NCBI GenBank assembly: GCA_900088475.1
Contig: FLMG01003887.1
Location: 1-64,000, forward strand
Source: Hyphochytrium catenoides
Lineage: Eukaryota > Protista > Hyphochytriomycota
Direction of reading: 5' to 3'
Length of the DNA stretch: 64,000 nucleotides
In this document: positions 35,807 to 52,706 of the stretch, piece after piece
Numbering within the stretch: the first letter of the stretch is position 1
How the letters are laid out: the number at the start of each line of letters is the position of its first letter
The notes under the pieces: model-generated
What the model was told of the DNA's origin: nothing
Database searches by the model: none
The model's input: only the letters and a program-made list of their open reading frames with translations
Program-made: the position numbers and the translations under genes

Positions 35807-38800
35807 CCTAGCTATATTTTCCCTCATTCAGCTTCGCCCTTGATCCCTCGCTCCACTTCTTAGTCCCTGCTTCTTACCAGAGTAAAGGTCTTGTCCAGGT
35901 ACTGGATGCAGCTGAAGTAGGGGATCCCGACAATATGGAGAAGATGGAAGAATTTGGCAGTGTAAACGGCGTCATCTGGGGTCAGCACTGCTCGCGGTAG
36001 TGCGCAGAGACGTAAAAGACATAGCACCGTCTCATTGTGAGGAGAAGGTAGGAACTCTGCCTTCATAGATTCGAAGCGGTCCATTATCCGCTTCCGGTTA
36101 GCAACCTGTGTCGCCTGCTCGGTCTAAATGGTGGAGAGGAAGAGACACGGACGAGAAGGGAGAAACGTGAGAGAATAAGGACACCCAGCGGATATAAGTA
36201 GATATATTACGCTCTCTCGCTCTTCTCTCTCTGTCTCCTCGCCAGATCAAATAGAATTTAGTCACAATAGCCTCTTCCTCCCTAACTATAGCCCCAAGCG
36301 CTATTACCTTCAATGTGTGAATGGTCGTGAGACATTTGTCCATGTCTTTCCTTCTCTTCACATTGGAAGAAGAAGGGTCCGGGTTCTTGTCCATGGTGGT
36401 ATAATGTTGCTGCAGCCGCGATACCTCCGCCTCATAGCGCTTATGAGGAACATAGATGTCATATAGGGAGAGTGACCAGAAAGTCACAAAGAGCTTAGCA
36501 GAAATGGCTTCCCAGACTGGAGGCGGGTAGAGAGAGGAGATAGAAGAGAGAAGGTGCGAAGAGTACGGCGCCCACTTCTGCACAAGTTCTTTGTTCTCTC
36601 CCGCACCATCTGTCGCAGCTCCTGAAGCTCCCTGTTGCTTTGCATGTAACGCATCTGCAGCTCGAATAGCAGGGCGAACTATGTGAAATGCGACTTCTGG
36701 CTCCAAATGATAGTTGGAGCAGAGATCAGAAAGTGAAGGAAGAAGAGATGCGTAGGCGGAAGAAGGAGAGATTGTGGAAGAGAGAAAGTCTAACAGTTGA
36801 ACCAGTGTCATCTGGCAGGTGTCATAGAGTCTTCCTAGCAGCTTGAGATGCCGTGTCGATGTGAGGAAGAGAATTGAAGCCCGCTGCTGGGCTATAAGGG
36901 CGAGGAGAGGAAGAACAAGCTTTTCCTTGAGAATTGTATCTCGCAGACGACTGACCGCCTTCTTGTTAACAGTCTGAAAAGAGAGGCGAAGGAGGTGACA
37001 CAAAGCCACACAGGGAACATGAGGCGGGGAAAACGAGAGCACACCACGTGTTAGGCCATGGCTTCAAGAGAACGATTGCGCTGGACAGCACAGCTGCTGC
37101 TAACTGGGAAAGGCCTTATGTCACACGCGTAGAGAGCATTCTTGCAGAACGAAACGCAGCCGTATATGAAAAAAAGAATAGAGGAGGCACGAAAGCAGTC
37201 GAACGGTGCCGGACCGAAGAGAAGAATGCGTGAGAAAAGAAGGTTAGGGACAGAACGAGGAAGAAAGAGGTTGATCTCATGGAGGTCGTTTAACCTACGG
37301 TGAGCAAGGCTGACGTCGTCTCAAGCCATAGTGTAGAGCCACCAGCTTTGCCTTCCAGCTGCGCCTCTGAGATGTCCTCAAAGCTTTCTATTCCACCCAT
37401 TCTGAGCAGGCCCAACAGGTCAGAGTAAGTGCAAGAGTTAGAGAACAGCCATATCCATCAAATCCCTCTCTCTTTCTCTCCTCGTCAGATACATACACTC
37501 TTCTTTAAGGCAACCTTTTTGTACTCTCTTCTCTCGCAGATTTCCCCTATTAGCCATCATTTTACCCTCTGCCTGACGCCGCCGTCACCTCTGAGAGTTG
37601 CCCAGCCCCACCCACTTTACTATTGCCTCTTCTGCACATCTCGTCTGTAGGATTCAAAGGCCCTGCTTTACCCTCCTCCCTCCTTAATGCAAAAGTAACT
37701 TCTGATAACTTGCTAACCTGGATAGCAGCTTGTTGAGAACGAGTAGGTCGAGCGAATGCCCGGCTTTCAGTCTCTCCACTAGGTACTTCAAAAGGCCCGC
37801 CAGTTCAATTGTGGGATACCTCCGGTAGACCACCCCGCAGAACTCAGAGAGAGAAGAGAGCCACTGCGAAGTGTTCGTACCGTCTTCCTTCAATTTGCTT
37901 CGGCTGCTGGCAAGATGGACTACGAGAGTGAAGGAGAGGACATCCTGGGAGAGAGGAGAGAGGAACTTGAATGCTTCTACCACTGGGTTGATGAGATTGT
38001 CATAGGCTTCAATCTGGCTAACAATGGTCATCAGGACGACAATGGGGTTGCTATGGGATATCTGTCCTCCAGTTATATACAGACGAGTAAAGAGAGAGAC
38101 TTAGAACAGGATGTAAGCAGCCAGGAGTAGGAGAGCCCATTGCACGCCAAAATCAATGTTAAGAACCGGAGAAGCTGGCAAAGCCAGCTGCAGGGGACAA
38201 ACCATGGCAGAAACAGATACCACCCCAGAGAAGGAGGTACTCCAGAGACCAAACCAGCACGAACGACATGGATTAGGCCACTCCCAACTACTAGAGAGTC
38301 TCGACCCCAACATTGATGGTATTGCGGATCTCAGGCAGTGAGAGGGGAACAGAAACTGCAAGGTAAAAAGAAGAAGGGATTAGTCGCCCACTCACCTTCG
38401 CTAACTGTCTTCCAATGGTCTTTGTATTCTCCTTCGAAAGTCTCCGAAGTATCTTCCTCGTGTTGTTAGCCGTCTCCGCCTCAGCCATAAGCAGCAGAGG
38501 AGACAAGTAAGCTTTGTCTTTCCAAGAGGAGTAAAGCCGATATCGATCCTCAAAGTCAAGACTCTTGATCGCTTCCCATAGCTCCGCCGCCACGGCCGGA
38601 TTGCAATCGATTAAGGAGAGCCCGGGAAGCAACGAGTTCTCTGTAGATGGCAAGAGAGACGAAGTTGGATACGTGAAGCGACACGGCAAGACAGAAGGAC
38701 AACCGAAGCATAAAAAAAGATCTGGGACCAACATAGTGAGAAGAGACCGGCCAAAAAAGGAGGACAGACCCACGGTAACGATGGGACGATGTTGATAACT

Positions 38801-41585
38801 CAAGCGAAAGGCAAAGANNNNNNNNNNNNNNNNNNNNNNNNNNNNNNNNNNNNNNNNNNNNNNNNNNNNNNNNNNNNNNNNNNNNNNNNNNNNNACATTC
38901 AGTGTCTGAAGCGTGGAGGCGTCATTAGCTCTGTAGAGGAAGGCGATAAGACGGCAAAGCTTCACAAAGACCGGGATCTTTCGAGAGATCTGAAAGGATG
39001 TGGTTAGTCTCTGTCAGTGCTTTTAAAGCTTGGACGAAATCACTTAGGTGATGCCTAAGTAGAGGTCGCAGTAAACCTCCTATCACGGGCATGCTAGGTT
39101 TATACTCTCCCCGGCTCATTGAGCTGTTCATTCTGCCCCCTCGTTGCAACTCTTTTTTCCTCAAAGCGCTTACCTGTGGGCCAAGGAGTGATAGTAAGGG
39201 CTCCACACCCTTGAGTACACTGTCTACAGAATCCTCGAGCTTCAGCACCTCGGAGCACCTCGGAGTGCTGCGCTTTCCTCTCCCTCCTTTTCCTCCTTTC
39301 TCTTTGGTCTCCTTGTCGTCCTTCCCAGTCCAAGCACAGATAGGACGAAGGGGAGAGTACGATTTCTCGATGACCCCTCCTACGAGGTCACATAGAGAAT
39401 CTGCGACCTCTGTGTCTAACATAGGGTTGATGTTATGAAGAGTGAGAAGAGAGATGAGCTCTTGAGCTACTCGCCAGCTCCCCACCGAAAGAAGACCGGC
39501 AAGAAGGCCAAGTATCTGATTGTTCGACTGGAAGAAAGAGGCGCTGCTGTCCTTCTTCCCCGCGTTTGCCTGTCAAGGGAGAACAAGAAAACGTTGAGAG
39601 GCCATAGAGCTAAACCGTGGGTCCAGCACCATGTAACGAAGAAAGAAGTTCGGAGCTGCATAAACTACAGATCATACTAAAAGCTCCAAAGTAAATGACA
39701 AAATGATCTTCTTGCAGACCTTAGCTATGGCCTCCTTTCTCTCCTCCGCCGTGGCAGTGAGACTCACAACCCCCACTCCTCTAGCTTCCTTTTGCAATAG
39801 CTCTAGCCTATCTCGCTGATCTTTTGCCATTTCGGGGAGAGAAGGGCGAAGATGAGGGAGAAGATTCTGAAGGGAGAGCTTCCTCTCTGCTAGAAGTAGT
39901 GCGGAGACGGTAAACAAAGACTTTGGGGTCTTCTCTTCTCCTCCCGGCCTCTCCTTTTGATAAAACTGGTACTTGAACCCCAAGAGATGGGGCAGAGCGG
40001 AAGCCTTGAAAAGAGATGAGAGGACAAGAAAGGCTCTGTTCTCGGGCTGTTTCTCATAGGCTTCCAATAGTAGGTCAAATACTCTATTGGGGTCCAGGTC
40101 AAAGGCGCCAATGAGCGCTTTGACATTGTCGCCCACAGCCTTGACCGAGGAGGGAGTGAGGGAGGAGTGGAGGAGAGAAAGTAGCTTGGAATAGCCCTCA
40201 GTCTCTTCTCTCAAAAGGTTGTACTTTTGCTGTGTATACCTATTAAGGAAGGGAACAACAAGACAAATAATGTAAATTTGGCGGTCCAGAACCACGGAAT
40301 GAACCTACTCCGCCCTAGTGCACTCGCAGGGGCAACAGGACAGACCATGCAGCCGCACTGGCCAAGTGAGATCATAGCCACTTATCTAGGGACAAAAACG
40401 CAGAGCCAAGAGAGAAAGATAATCGTTCCCGAAGCTTGTAAACAAGAAAGAACGAAGAAGGCTCAGAAAGTGTGATACAAGTCATGAGGATGGCAAAGAC
40501 CAGGAGTCTGGAAAAGCAGTTCGCTAACGCGCTTACAGGTTCTTGGTGTTTGCTCTGATGAGCTTTTTGTTCATGACACTAAGATTTTCTATCAGCCCAG
40601 CACCCTCCAAGAGCTCTAACTCCAGCACCTGCTTCAGAAGCAGGGGAGGGACAATTTCCCTAGCCTAGAAGGAGATCAGTCAGAAAGACCCAGTTAAGAA
40701 AGGTCCACCAGAGTCGTTAAAAGATCCAGAGAAAGGAGAGAACAAGGAGACGAACTTCCTAGATGAGGGACTCTGTTTAGAGGCTAGAAGGAGGAGGATA
40801 AGAGAGATCTGTTCCTCTTCAGGTCTGTGGCGTTCATCACTTACCACAACTTCCTTTACAAGGGAACAAAGTCTGCTCCATTCCTCGCTTCCTTTCTTGC
40901 TAGGTCCTGCTTCATGGTCTGTCTCCATCCCTTCAAGACATAAAAGGCAACAAAAAGTAAGACAAGAGTAGATAATAAAGATCAGTACAAGGGAGCAGAG
41001 GCTACACGAGGGACAAGAAGACATAGTCTAGTATGAAGCATCAACGAGAAGTGCAACGATGGGGATGTCCTACCGATCAGCCATAGCACATCAGCCAAAG
41101 CTTCAGAGACATTCCCATCATCTGGGCGGGCCTATGGAGAATTCCAGCCAGAAGAGGTAAGATAAGAGGGAGACTGAGGGACAGAGAATGATAGAGACGG
41201 AACTATTTAGAGTGGACAGAAAAAGTAGGCGGTAAGCGTTGATCGAGTTCGGCTGTTGACTAGACCATTACCTTCTTCAAAAGGTCGCAGAACTGGTCCG
41301 AGGTGATGTTGCTAACCAGCGTTTGCTGCACCAGCTCGTATAAGACCTGCTTAAAGACTGGGTAGCCTAGGAGAGAGTACATCCAAAGGTGAATTCCATG
41401 ATAGTGTCCGGACTAATCGTAGGAAGGGCGAGGCACGGAACAGTAAAGTAGGGGAACTTGTTTGGAGGGAGTTCTCAAAAGACAGCCCTCGGCCAATGAA
41501 ACGAAATAAAGGTCAAGTGCCGGCGATGCGTACCTTTGCCATTGCGTTCTATAGGCTCGGAGGGCGCAGGCTGGAGGAGGCCCAT
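33301..41585 (-). CDS. THO2: THO complex subunit 2 (TREX), multi-exon, with a long low-complexity R/S/P/E-rich C-terminal tail
   Basis: YTQQKYNLLREETEGYSKL, LIGAFDLDPNRVFDLLLE, LGFKYQFYQ, KILRRLSKENTKTIGRQLAK, SHSNPIVV...QIEAYDNLINPVVE, FVTFWSLSLYDIYVP, FLRLCALPR-like and EYMDIRNSLIVLTKI motifs. Probable ATG at 41585 (MGLLQPAP...GK|GYPVFKQ); probable last exon 33322-33301 (SQSRRRE*). An assembly gap at 38818-38894 lies inside the gene. Confidence 0.93.
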
Positions 41586-43909
41586 TCTAATTTACATCGA
41601 TGGGTGAGAGGAACAGAAAGCAACACTAAGCCCTGCGTATTAACCTCGAAACAGAATAACGAACGAACAGACACTCACATCTTTCCCTCTCCCGAGTCTG
41701 TCCAGCCAGCGCAGACCTGCGAGGTCACATAATGAAAGGCAGTCTTGGCTGATGACATCCTTCCCAGACCCAAGCTCTGCCTCTAAACGGTAATCTGTTC
41801 AGCCTGTCTTCCTTCACCTTAGACTAGCCTTCTCCAGGGAAAGCCGCCGCCAGGTATCATCATAAACCTGTCTTTTCTACTGGAAGCGTTAACGTTGCTC
41901 TCTCTGTCTGTTCTGTCATCCCCTCAGCATTCGAGCCTGGAGCTGCTCTGCGCTATTTTGAAGCTCTGCCATTGGATCTCAACTCTGAACGAAGATACTG
42001 ACACAATTTCAGAGACTTCCTTTGACTCATATCTGGTCGGTAGGTTATCACACCTAGAATCAGTCGGGTGATTCCTTTAGTTTTGGCCCATCCACCCTCA
42101 ATAGGTAGAGATATTCCAGTATGCCAGATGTCCCACCCACTGTATAACCAGTGAAAGATAATCTTTGTTTGATTTATTTTGCCATTATGTTGAGAACTAA
42201 GGAAGAGCTTGATAACTTAACTTGCCAACATCATTATCATGAGCAGCATTGATCGGTGACGGGGGCCGCTTACTCGCTCTCTTCGTCGTCAAGAATCAGC
42301 GGCCAGTTCGTAGATAAAAGGAGAAGCCTCCTGCCTTGGCTTCTCATCGCTGGTTGTCGCTTGGGACGAGTGCTATTCCGTGCATGAACAGTGAGATATC
42401 ACCGCCGCTATTATGGACGGCGGTAGGAGGAGCTATCATGGTTATGGCTTTCTGGGCTAGTTAGTTGGTCAAACAAGGGGACGTGTCCGACCACAGCTTA
42501 AAGCTACTACTCACATATAATGGACAACACGGTTGTTATGATGGATGGTCGTAGTAATCAGTGAAGCATCACCAGTGTGATGAGGGTGGTCAAGGTAATA
42601 AGCCTTTTCTCCATGGAAGAAGCAGCAGCTGTAGCAAAAGTTATGGCTCCTTTGGCAGCTGTATTTCCACAAGAAGAGGCTTATTGTCGCCGGCGACCAG
42701 GAAGAACGTCTCGTCGACCTCATCTCCATTGACCGACTGTGGATCACGTGACAGGCCCACTACTAGCAGTGTTTGTTACTCACTTAATAACATAGGACGC
42801 GAGATGCGTCTCTCTTGACATGAAGGAGTATTGTGATAATTTCCCTATTTCGTCGGTCCTAGCGTCGTAGAACCCTCAGAAGTGAGGGACAGAAGAGAAA
42901 CTCGGCCATTCCAGGATGAACACATGCTCATGATGGGTGGCTAATAATATGTCAAATGCTATTTTCGCCCCTCCCTCTTTCTGGAGGGGCTTTGAGAGAT
43001 AAACGGACCCTTTTTTAAGATGCTACTTCTTCTTCACCAATCGAGACTCTCAAGAAGTGAAGAAAGAGCGGATCACGTAATCATCGCCGTATAGGCGTTA
43101 ACTCACCTAACAAGCACTGCAAGGAGGCACAATAATGGACAGGATGAATGATACACTCTACCCAGACGACGACAGCTATATGGCCAACGTCCTGAAATGA
43201 TGCATTCATGCTCAATCAGTCAGCAGGCAGGTGCGCCTTGCCAGTCCGCTAGAGAACTCCTGCTCCGCTGCATCATCGCACTTGTCATCTCCTCCTCTTC
43301 TGCACTTTGAAACAGGCTCCTCCGCTCATGGCGCCTGTTGCTTGTTGCACTACCGGGCTTGCTTTAGGTAACGCTGTGGCCGAATCTGAGAAGGCATCTC
43401 CCTTAATGGGCAGATTTTGGGCGCCAACACCGATAATAAAACCAGGCTCTCTTAGTAAAGGTATACAATTGTTTTGACTCTGACCAGTAATAACCTTCAC
43501 CTCCGATATTAGATTGGATATTATCACGAGTCAAGAGAAAAGGATACCCCGAAAACGCTTGCAAAGTGATTTATAGAGAAAGCTGCGAATTGTTGATCCT
43601 CCGTAGCTCTCAAGTGCAGACATCTCAGACTTGGCCGTGTGGTCGAGTTGCTGCCGGAGACTCAATTGTTGACCTCTGGAACCTTACAGCAGTCGTGTCC
43701 TGGATAAGACAAGCAGTTTTGCCTCCGAGACTAGCAATCGGTCGTGAAGCCCGCTTAGTTCGAAGTGCTATCCATGAGCAAGTTCTTGCACTAGTTCGGG
43801 GCTGCTGACCGTTGAGTCTTTCGGCTCACGAGGAGAAGCGCTTCCTGACTGGCAATTAGAGCGATAATATTACATTTTGTGGTGACACGCCACCCTGTAC
43901 AAATTGAAG

Positions 43910-46525
<2,616 letters not shown>

Positions 46526-47017
46526 CTTAGCGGCTATTTGTACAGCTTGTCTAGGGGTCACTCGTCCATCCCTATCTCCTCCTCTCCTGCCCCTCTCCTT
46601 CATGTCTCTCTCTGTAGATAGCCTCTTGCCTCAAAATCCTCTGTCGATTCTCAAGTCCATAGTCTCAGTTGCTGTTGAGAACTCTGTATCCCTAGCACTG
46701 TGTCAGTGGTAGGTTCTCGAAGCTTGTGGAGAGCGGGAGAGCGAAGCGCTGCTTGACGATGTGAATCCTTTTCTGGAATAGTAGAAGTCCTCAATCCCTC
46801 TCTCTCTCCGCGCAACTGGCGTCTCAGCGCTGCCTGGCCCAATAAAGGCCTTTAATAAGTTAGAGGAGCAAGGTCTTCGTGTCTTCGTCACGTCATTTAT
46901 GGTCCGGATGACCGTTAGCGGCTAGACCGAAGATTCTTATGCACGTTAGCGGTATCGGGGGATCTAAATGGCGAAGTGTTCCTGTTCCCTTTCGGTCTCT
47001 TGGCCTGGTCTGTCTCT

Positions 47018-47051
<34 letters not shown>

Positions 47052-47534
47052 TGCTCTCTCTCTTGCGCTCTCTCTTGCTCTCCCTCTTTCTCTCTCTCTT
47101 GCTCACCCTCTTTCTCTCTCTCTCTCGCTCTCTTTCTCTCTCTTGCTCTCGCGCAATCCCCCCCTCCCCCCCCTTTTCTCCACAATCTCACTGTCTCTCA
47201 TGATCCTAGATTCTCACTTCTCTCCCACCTGTTCGCTTCCCGCTGTCCCTGCTGGGAGCATTGACGCTTCTGTCCAATAGCAGATGTTCTGGCATCTCCG
47301 GCAGGAAAGAGACTGGAAAGAGAAGGACGGAGCAGCAGGTGGTAGAAGATAGCACGCAGACAGTGTCGGTGCAGCTCTAAGCCAAGAGAGCCATAGACTG
47401 CGAGAGGGCCTGAGTCAAGAAATCTTCCGGAGGACCGAACTCACTGACAGTGAAGGATTATGAAGGCTAGTGTCCCTTCTGCACGAAGCTATGAAGAGGC
47501 TGGGATACTAGGGCTTCGTTGCTGTTTTTCCCTA

Positions 47535-47538
<4 letters not shown>

Positions 47539-47585
<47 letters not shown>
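47539..47585. repeat. Perfect (TC)n microsatellite
   Basis: About 23 uninterrupted TC units in the probable 5' intron of the Tdp1 gene. Confidence 0.9.
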
Positions 47586-47591
<6 letters not shown>

Positions 47592-47764
47592 GTTTCTCTC
47601 TTTCTCTGTTTCTCTCTTTCTCTCTCTCGGTGCTTCTCTTCGTTCTACTCTCGCAAAGACGGCATCGATTTCCTCCCCACGTTTAGATCTTCTAACCCTC
47701 TTATGTTTCTCTTCTCTTCCTCACTCTCCCTCTCTCTCTCTCTCCATGTCTCTCTCTCCAACAG

Positions 47765-48043
47765 AGAGGTCTACCCTCAGACGCAGTGGTGGATCTCACA
47801 GCATTATCTTCAGAAGAAGAGAGCAGAAGTAAGCTGAGGGCTCCAGCTAGGAAGGTACCCAGAGAAAATGGAGACGTCGGTGGAGGAGAGGGAAAGAGAA
47901 GTATCCCTTCTGCTTTGCCATCCGTCACCTCTGCCTATGTTGCGCCAGAGAAGAAGGCAGAAACTGATGGTATAGTTGTCTCTCCCTTCATTCCTCCTCT
48001 TTCCTATTGTGGTCTGACCCTTTTCTGTGCCTTTCTCTTTCTT

Positions 48044-48116
<73 letters not shown>

Positions 48117-48354
48117 CTCTCTCGCACACATCCACACACATTCTCTCCTACATGGGCCCTGTAACTTTCTATCTTTATTTGCCTCATTAGCTCTTTACAA
48201 TCTTTTCTTCCAACGATCCGCAGGGTGTGGCAGACTTCCTCGCTTTCCAATGTTTATGCTTAAGACCAGACAGCTATCGGAGGCCAGATTTAACGGTAGT
48301 GCGGGAACACGGATAGGCTGCCTTGGCCTCAAATCCGCATCCTGGCCTTATTGT

Positions 48355-48402
<48 letters not shown>

Positions 48403-49836
48403 TGTGTGTGTCCCTCTCTCTCGCCTCCCGCTCCCTCTTCCTCGTCGTCTCTCCCTCTTTCTCGCCGGTTCTCTCTCTTTCTCTGGCTCTGTCTCACACA
48501 CACAGTGCGGGCACATGCTATCACGTCTGAACACACAGTATCTCATCTCTTCCTCTCCCTATACTTGTTCGTATCTCTGAGTCTCTTTTCCTGTCCCATG
48601 CCTGAAGCACTGTTCTCTTACGTCCTATGATCTTATCTAGTCCACAGCTTTGACATTCTGTCTCTTGTTCTCTCCGTCGCGAGCCAGAGGGCTGCATAAG
48701 CATCAAGGACATCTTCCAAGGAGACTATACTTCGGTGCTCCTGTCGAACTATATGTACGAGCTTGACTGGCTCTTCCTCCAGGTTCCCAAGCTTTCCGAT
48801 GTTCCGACGGACATCATCTGCGGCGATAAAACCATCAGCATGTGAGTCGGGAGATCAGTGAGGGAAACAAAAGGGAGGCGGAAAGGAAAAAGAGGAGGCA
48901 AATCCAAAGGGAACAAGAGGGAAGAATGGGCAGAAGAGAGGGGAACATTTTGTACCTTCCCGCTTATAGTACGTCTTTCTCTCTCTTTCTCTCTCTCTCT
49001 TCTAGTGATCTCAGCCATATGAAGAACATACGGATCTTCAAACCTGACCTCCCACCTTATGGGACTCACCACACTAAGATGCTGGTAATGGTCTACATTT
49101 CTCTCTCTTATAACGAAGCCTACGAATTCTCTTCTTCCTGTTCATCCCCACATCTTTTTTCTAACGTCAACATTTGCCTCCTCCATCGGCCCTTGTTTGC
49201 AAATTTCTTACCTTCTGCGGGCCAAGTCATCTCTCTCTCTCTCTCTGCTCTCGCCCTCTCTTTCTTTTCTCTCTCTCTCTCCTCTCCCATCTCTTTCTCA
49301 GGTCTTTTCTACGTGTCTTCACTCCCATCAAACCCACTTTGCCTTGCTCTTCGTCTTTGCCATGCACTCCTTCTAACACATCCTGTCGCAGATGCTCTAT
49401 TATCCAACCGGCATTCGAATATGTGTCCACACCGCTAACTACCTTCAAAGAGACTTTGAGATGAAGAGCCAACTCGCCTGGGTTCAGGATTTTCCCAAGA
49501 AGAGGGAGAAAGATGGAGATGGCGGAGACGTGGCAGAGGAAAGCGAGATTGGGGAACAGTTCCGGAGGACTTTGACTAACTATTTGCAAAGTGTGGGGGG
49601 TGTCGCAAGGAACCATGCCAAGCAGCTGAGTCTCTATGACTTCTCTAGGGCTTCAGCTTTTCTCATCCCTTCGGTACCGGATAGCAGGCACGGTACGCAG
49701 GCCTAGGCATCTCATAGCCTCTCTCTCTCTGTTTCTCGCTTTCTGTTGCTCTCTCGCTCTCTCTCTCTCGTTCTTTTCTCTCTCTCTCTTGCTCTCTCTC
49801 TCTATTTCTCTCTCTCTCTCTATTTCTCTCTCTCTC

Positions 49837-49871
<35 letters not shown>

Positions 49872-52210
49872 TTCCCCTCTTTCGCTCTCTCTTGCCCTCG
49901 CTCTATACTGTTCCTCGGCGCTCTCGTCGTCACTTGCCTCGTTTGTTGGTTATCTTCGTCCAGTATGCCAATCTAAAAAGAGCTTTGAATGTTCATCCTC
50001 TACTTCAACGCCTTCTACAACTTATCACTCTCTTTTTGCCCACTTTTCTCCATGGATCTTTACCATTCATTGCTCACGTAGGAGGAGGAATGAGGTTTGG
50101 GCAGATGGAGCTCAGAAGGTAAACCATAACTTCCGTGGCAGAGGAATTTGTCTTGATCATGACTCGGCGCCTAACTCTCTCACTATCTCTCTCCGTCTTT
50201 CCCTTGTCGCTCTCACTGCCTTGCGTTTGTTTACCAATGCATTTCGGCTTATGGCCCAAACTGCGTCGTGACATAAGAGTCCTGCAAAAGTATTGGAAGG
50301 ACGAGCGCAAGGAAGACCTTTCTTTCATATGTCAGGTAAGCGCTATGGAGCAGGGATTGTAAGAGGGACTGGCAGACAGGGCCCGGGATGGGAAGCCATC
50401 GAGAACGATGGTGAAAGAGAAGAGAGAGAGGGAAGAGCAAGAGCAAGACCAGAGAAGGAGCAGCAGGAAGCGCAGAGTTCTTCAGAAGCAACTGAATAGC
50501 TCTTGACACTAATCTAAGAGCGCTTCATCTCTTGCAGTTCTCTAGTCTGGGCTCTCTCTCGGAAGCTTGGCTGCAGGAGTTCTTGAACAATCTTTATGCT
50601 TCCAAGCCACACCAGCCTATTAAGCCACAGCCCAAGAATCTGAGCATCATTTGGCCGACAGCTCCACAAGTGGTAGGTTCCTCGTTGAATCTTCTGTCTG
50701 GCGAGTGGGCATAAGCATTATTGGACGTCTTCAGATCACTCTGTCTCTCGAATCGCCTTGGAGTTCTCTCCCTGTCCTTCCGTTTTTGGCTCTCTCTGGC
50801 GTCTTGGGATGCTTAGACTTACCATACCGCTGAACGTTTCGGGTTATGCAATGGCTCTCTATCATTAATGTTAACTGTGCTACTCTTCTCTGTTCCCATC
50901 CTTCTTTGTTTCTCAGCTTTGGAAGTGGATAGAATAGGTTCTCCTACGCCGTGACGCGTGGCGTGTTACTCACTAACACGTTATCCTTCTGTTGCTAGCG
51001 TGACTCTCTCGAGGGTTGGAGCGCGGGCGGTAGCATTCCATGCAACAGCTCAAATCAGAAGGTGCGTTCGATAGACAAGACTAGGCCCGCGGGCATAGCT
51101 ATGCACTTTTCTTCTTCATGTCTCTTCTAGCTTACTTCTTGCAGGCCAGCTTGTCTCGATCTCAGAGCGTTAACCTTACATATCTCCCTCTCTGCTATGT
51201 AGCCGTTCCTTCGACAGTATCTCTGTAGGTGGAACTCAAGAGCTTCCTTCGGCAGAGACAGAGCCATGCCCCATATGAAGGTAAGTGGGGTAAGACATAC
51301 ACGGGAAGAAGGTGCTATAGGAGGTTGACGAGAGGGCCGCCTGCATCCTTTTCTTTTACGGTGGAGAGAGAGAGAAACTCAGATGGATCACAGAAAGAGA
51401 GAAAGAGATGACAAAGCCTACCTACCTTGATTTGCCAATGCTCATCACTCCCTGACGCTCAATTATCTCCTGCTCCGCTTTTCACGTCACCCCCTATCTC
51501 CTCTCTACATCTGTAATAGTCCTATACATGTTATCGTCCAGTGGCAGATGAAGAAGACAGACCGTTGGAAGAGAAGAAGAAACATCTGAGCTGGTTTCTT
51601 CTAACTAGCAGTAATCTCAGTAGTGCGGCCTGGGGAAGCATGAGCAAAAAAGGGAAGTTCTCAATGCGATCCTACGAAATGGGAGTCCTCGTTCTCCCTG
51701 TGTCCTATGCCAATTATGCCAAGGAAGAGCCTTTCTCCTGCACAGACAGACAGGCAGGACAAAGAATGAAGAAGGTGATCAAGTGCCAGGATTTTTGTTG
51801 CTTGGCTCTATATCTTCTCTACCTCCCTAAACGTATCGTCCCTTTGCCATTACCTATCTTCACACAGCTGCAGACGGAGAAGCCTGTAATACTAGTGGAT
51901 AGCGAATCACCAGCTTGCAAGTCGGTGGAGAAAGAGCGTCATATAGAGGTGTGACTAGAAGACGGCGTGAAAATCTTTCTTTTTACCGCTTTTCTTTCTC
52001 TCTCACTTCCTGCCTTGACCCTCTAGCACGCTTTCTCTTCTCCCGCTCATCACTTCTGTCTACTAACTAACCCATATCCTGCCATGCTAGGTCTCCCTTC
52101 CAGTCCCGTACTCTTTGCCTCCTCTTCGCTACTCTCTCACGGATGAGCCATGGGTGTGGGATAAACCTCGGTTCCAACCTGATTGCTTGGGAAAGCAGTA
52201 CATTGTCTAG
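47765..52210 (+). CDS. TDP1: Tyrosyl-DNA phosphodiesterase 1, multi-exon; true start lies upstream (~46.9-47.5 kb, unresolved)
   Basis: [20 protein letters not shown] (catalytic HxK), [64 protein letters not shown]|[31 protein letters not shown]...PWVWD; TAG at 52208-52210. Confidence 0.93.
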
Positions 52211-52706
52211 CCTTTGGCACACAGTCTTATTTATGGCGGTCGTTAGTCTACGATCTCCCTCTGTTTCACTCTCCTGGCTTGCGAAATGCTTTTTCTCTCT
52301 CTCTCGCTGGCACTTGTACAGCCCCATTGCCCTTGCTGGTACGCGTGGTCAGGGCTATGATGGATGTGCGCAGGCTGAATTCCTTTAGCCCGTGACGTAT
52401 CCCTCGCACGCCGCTCAACCCAGCGCCTTGACCACTGATGGTGCTTTTTGAGCTCTGGTCGGTCCTGCTTTCAGATGTCGACGGGATGCTGCTCGAATGC
52501 GTAAAATTGACCTTAAAGGACTTGGGACAAAGACAGTGATTAGCGTGCGACATTAGGACAAGCTTAGCACGCTAAGATTGGCGGCCACAGAGGGTTGACA
52601 TAGGGCAGAGAGTAACAGATGGAAAAGTAGAGAGCTGCTTAATGAGAATTGAGCCGATAGCGAAGGAAGTGAGCACTGGTGCATCCTGAGTCACCGCATT
52701 TATAGC

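Noticed and set aside
42640-42745. Minus-strand GDEVDETFF resembling a Merlin/IS1595 transposase motif
   Set aside because: One short match followed by stops; no other catalytic motifs or TIRs seen.
42401-42990. Short GC hairpins (accgccg...cggcggt at ~42401; gcccctcc...ggaggggc at ~42967)
   Set aside because: 7-8 bp stems are expected by chance; no Helitron CTRR end or ncRNA context.
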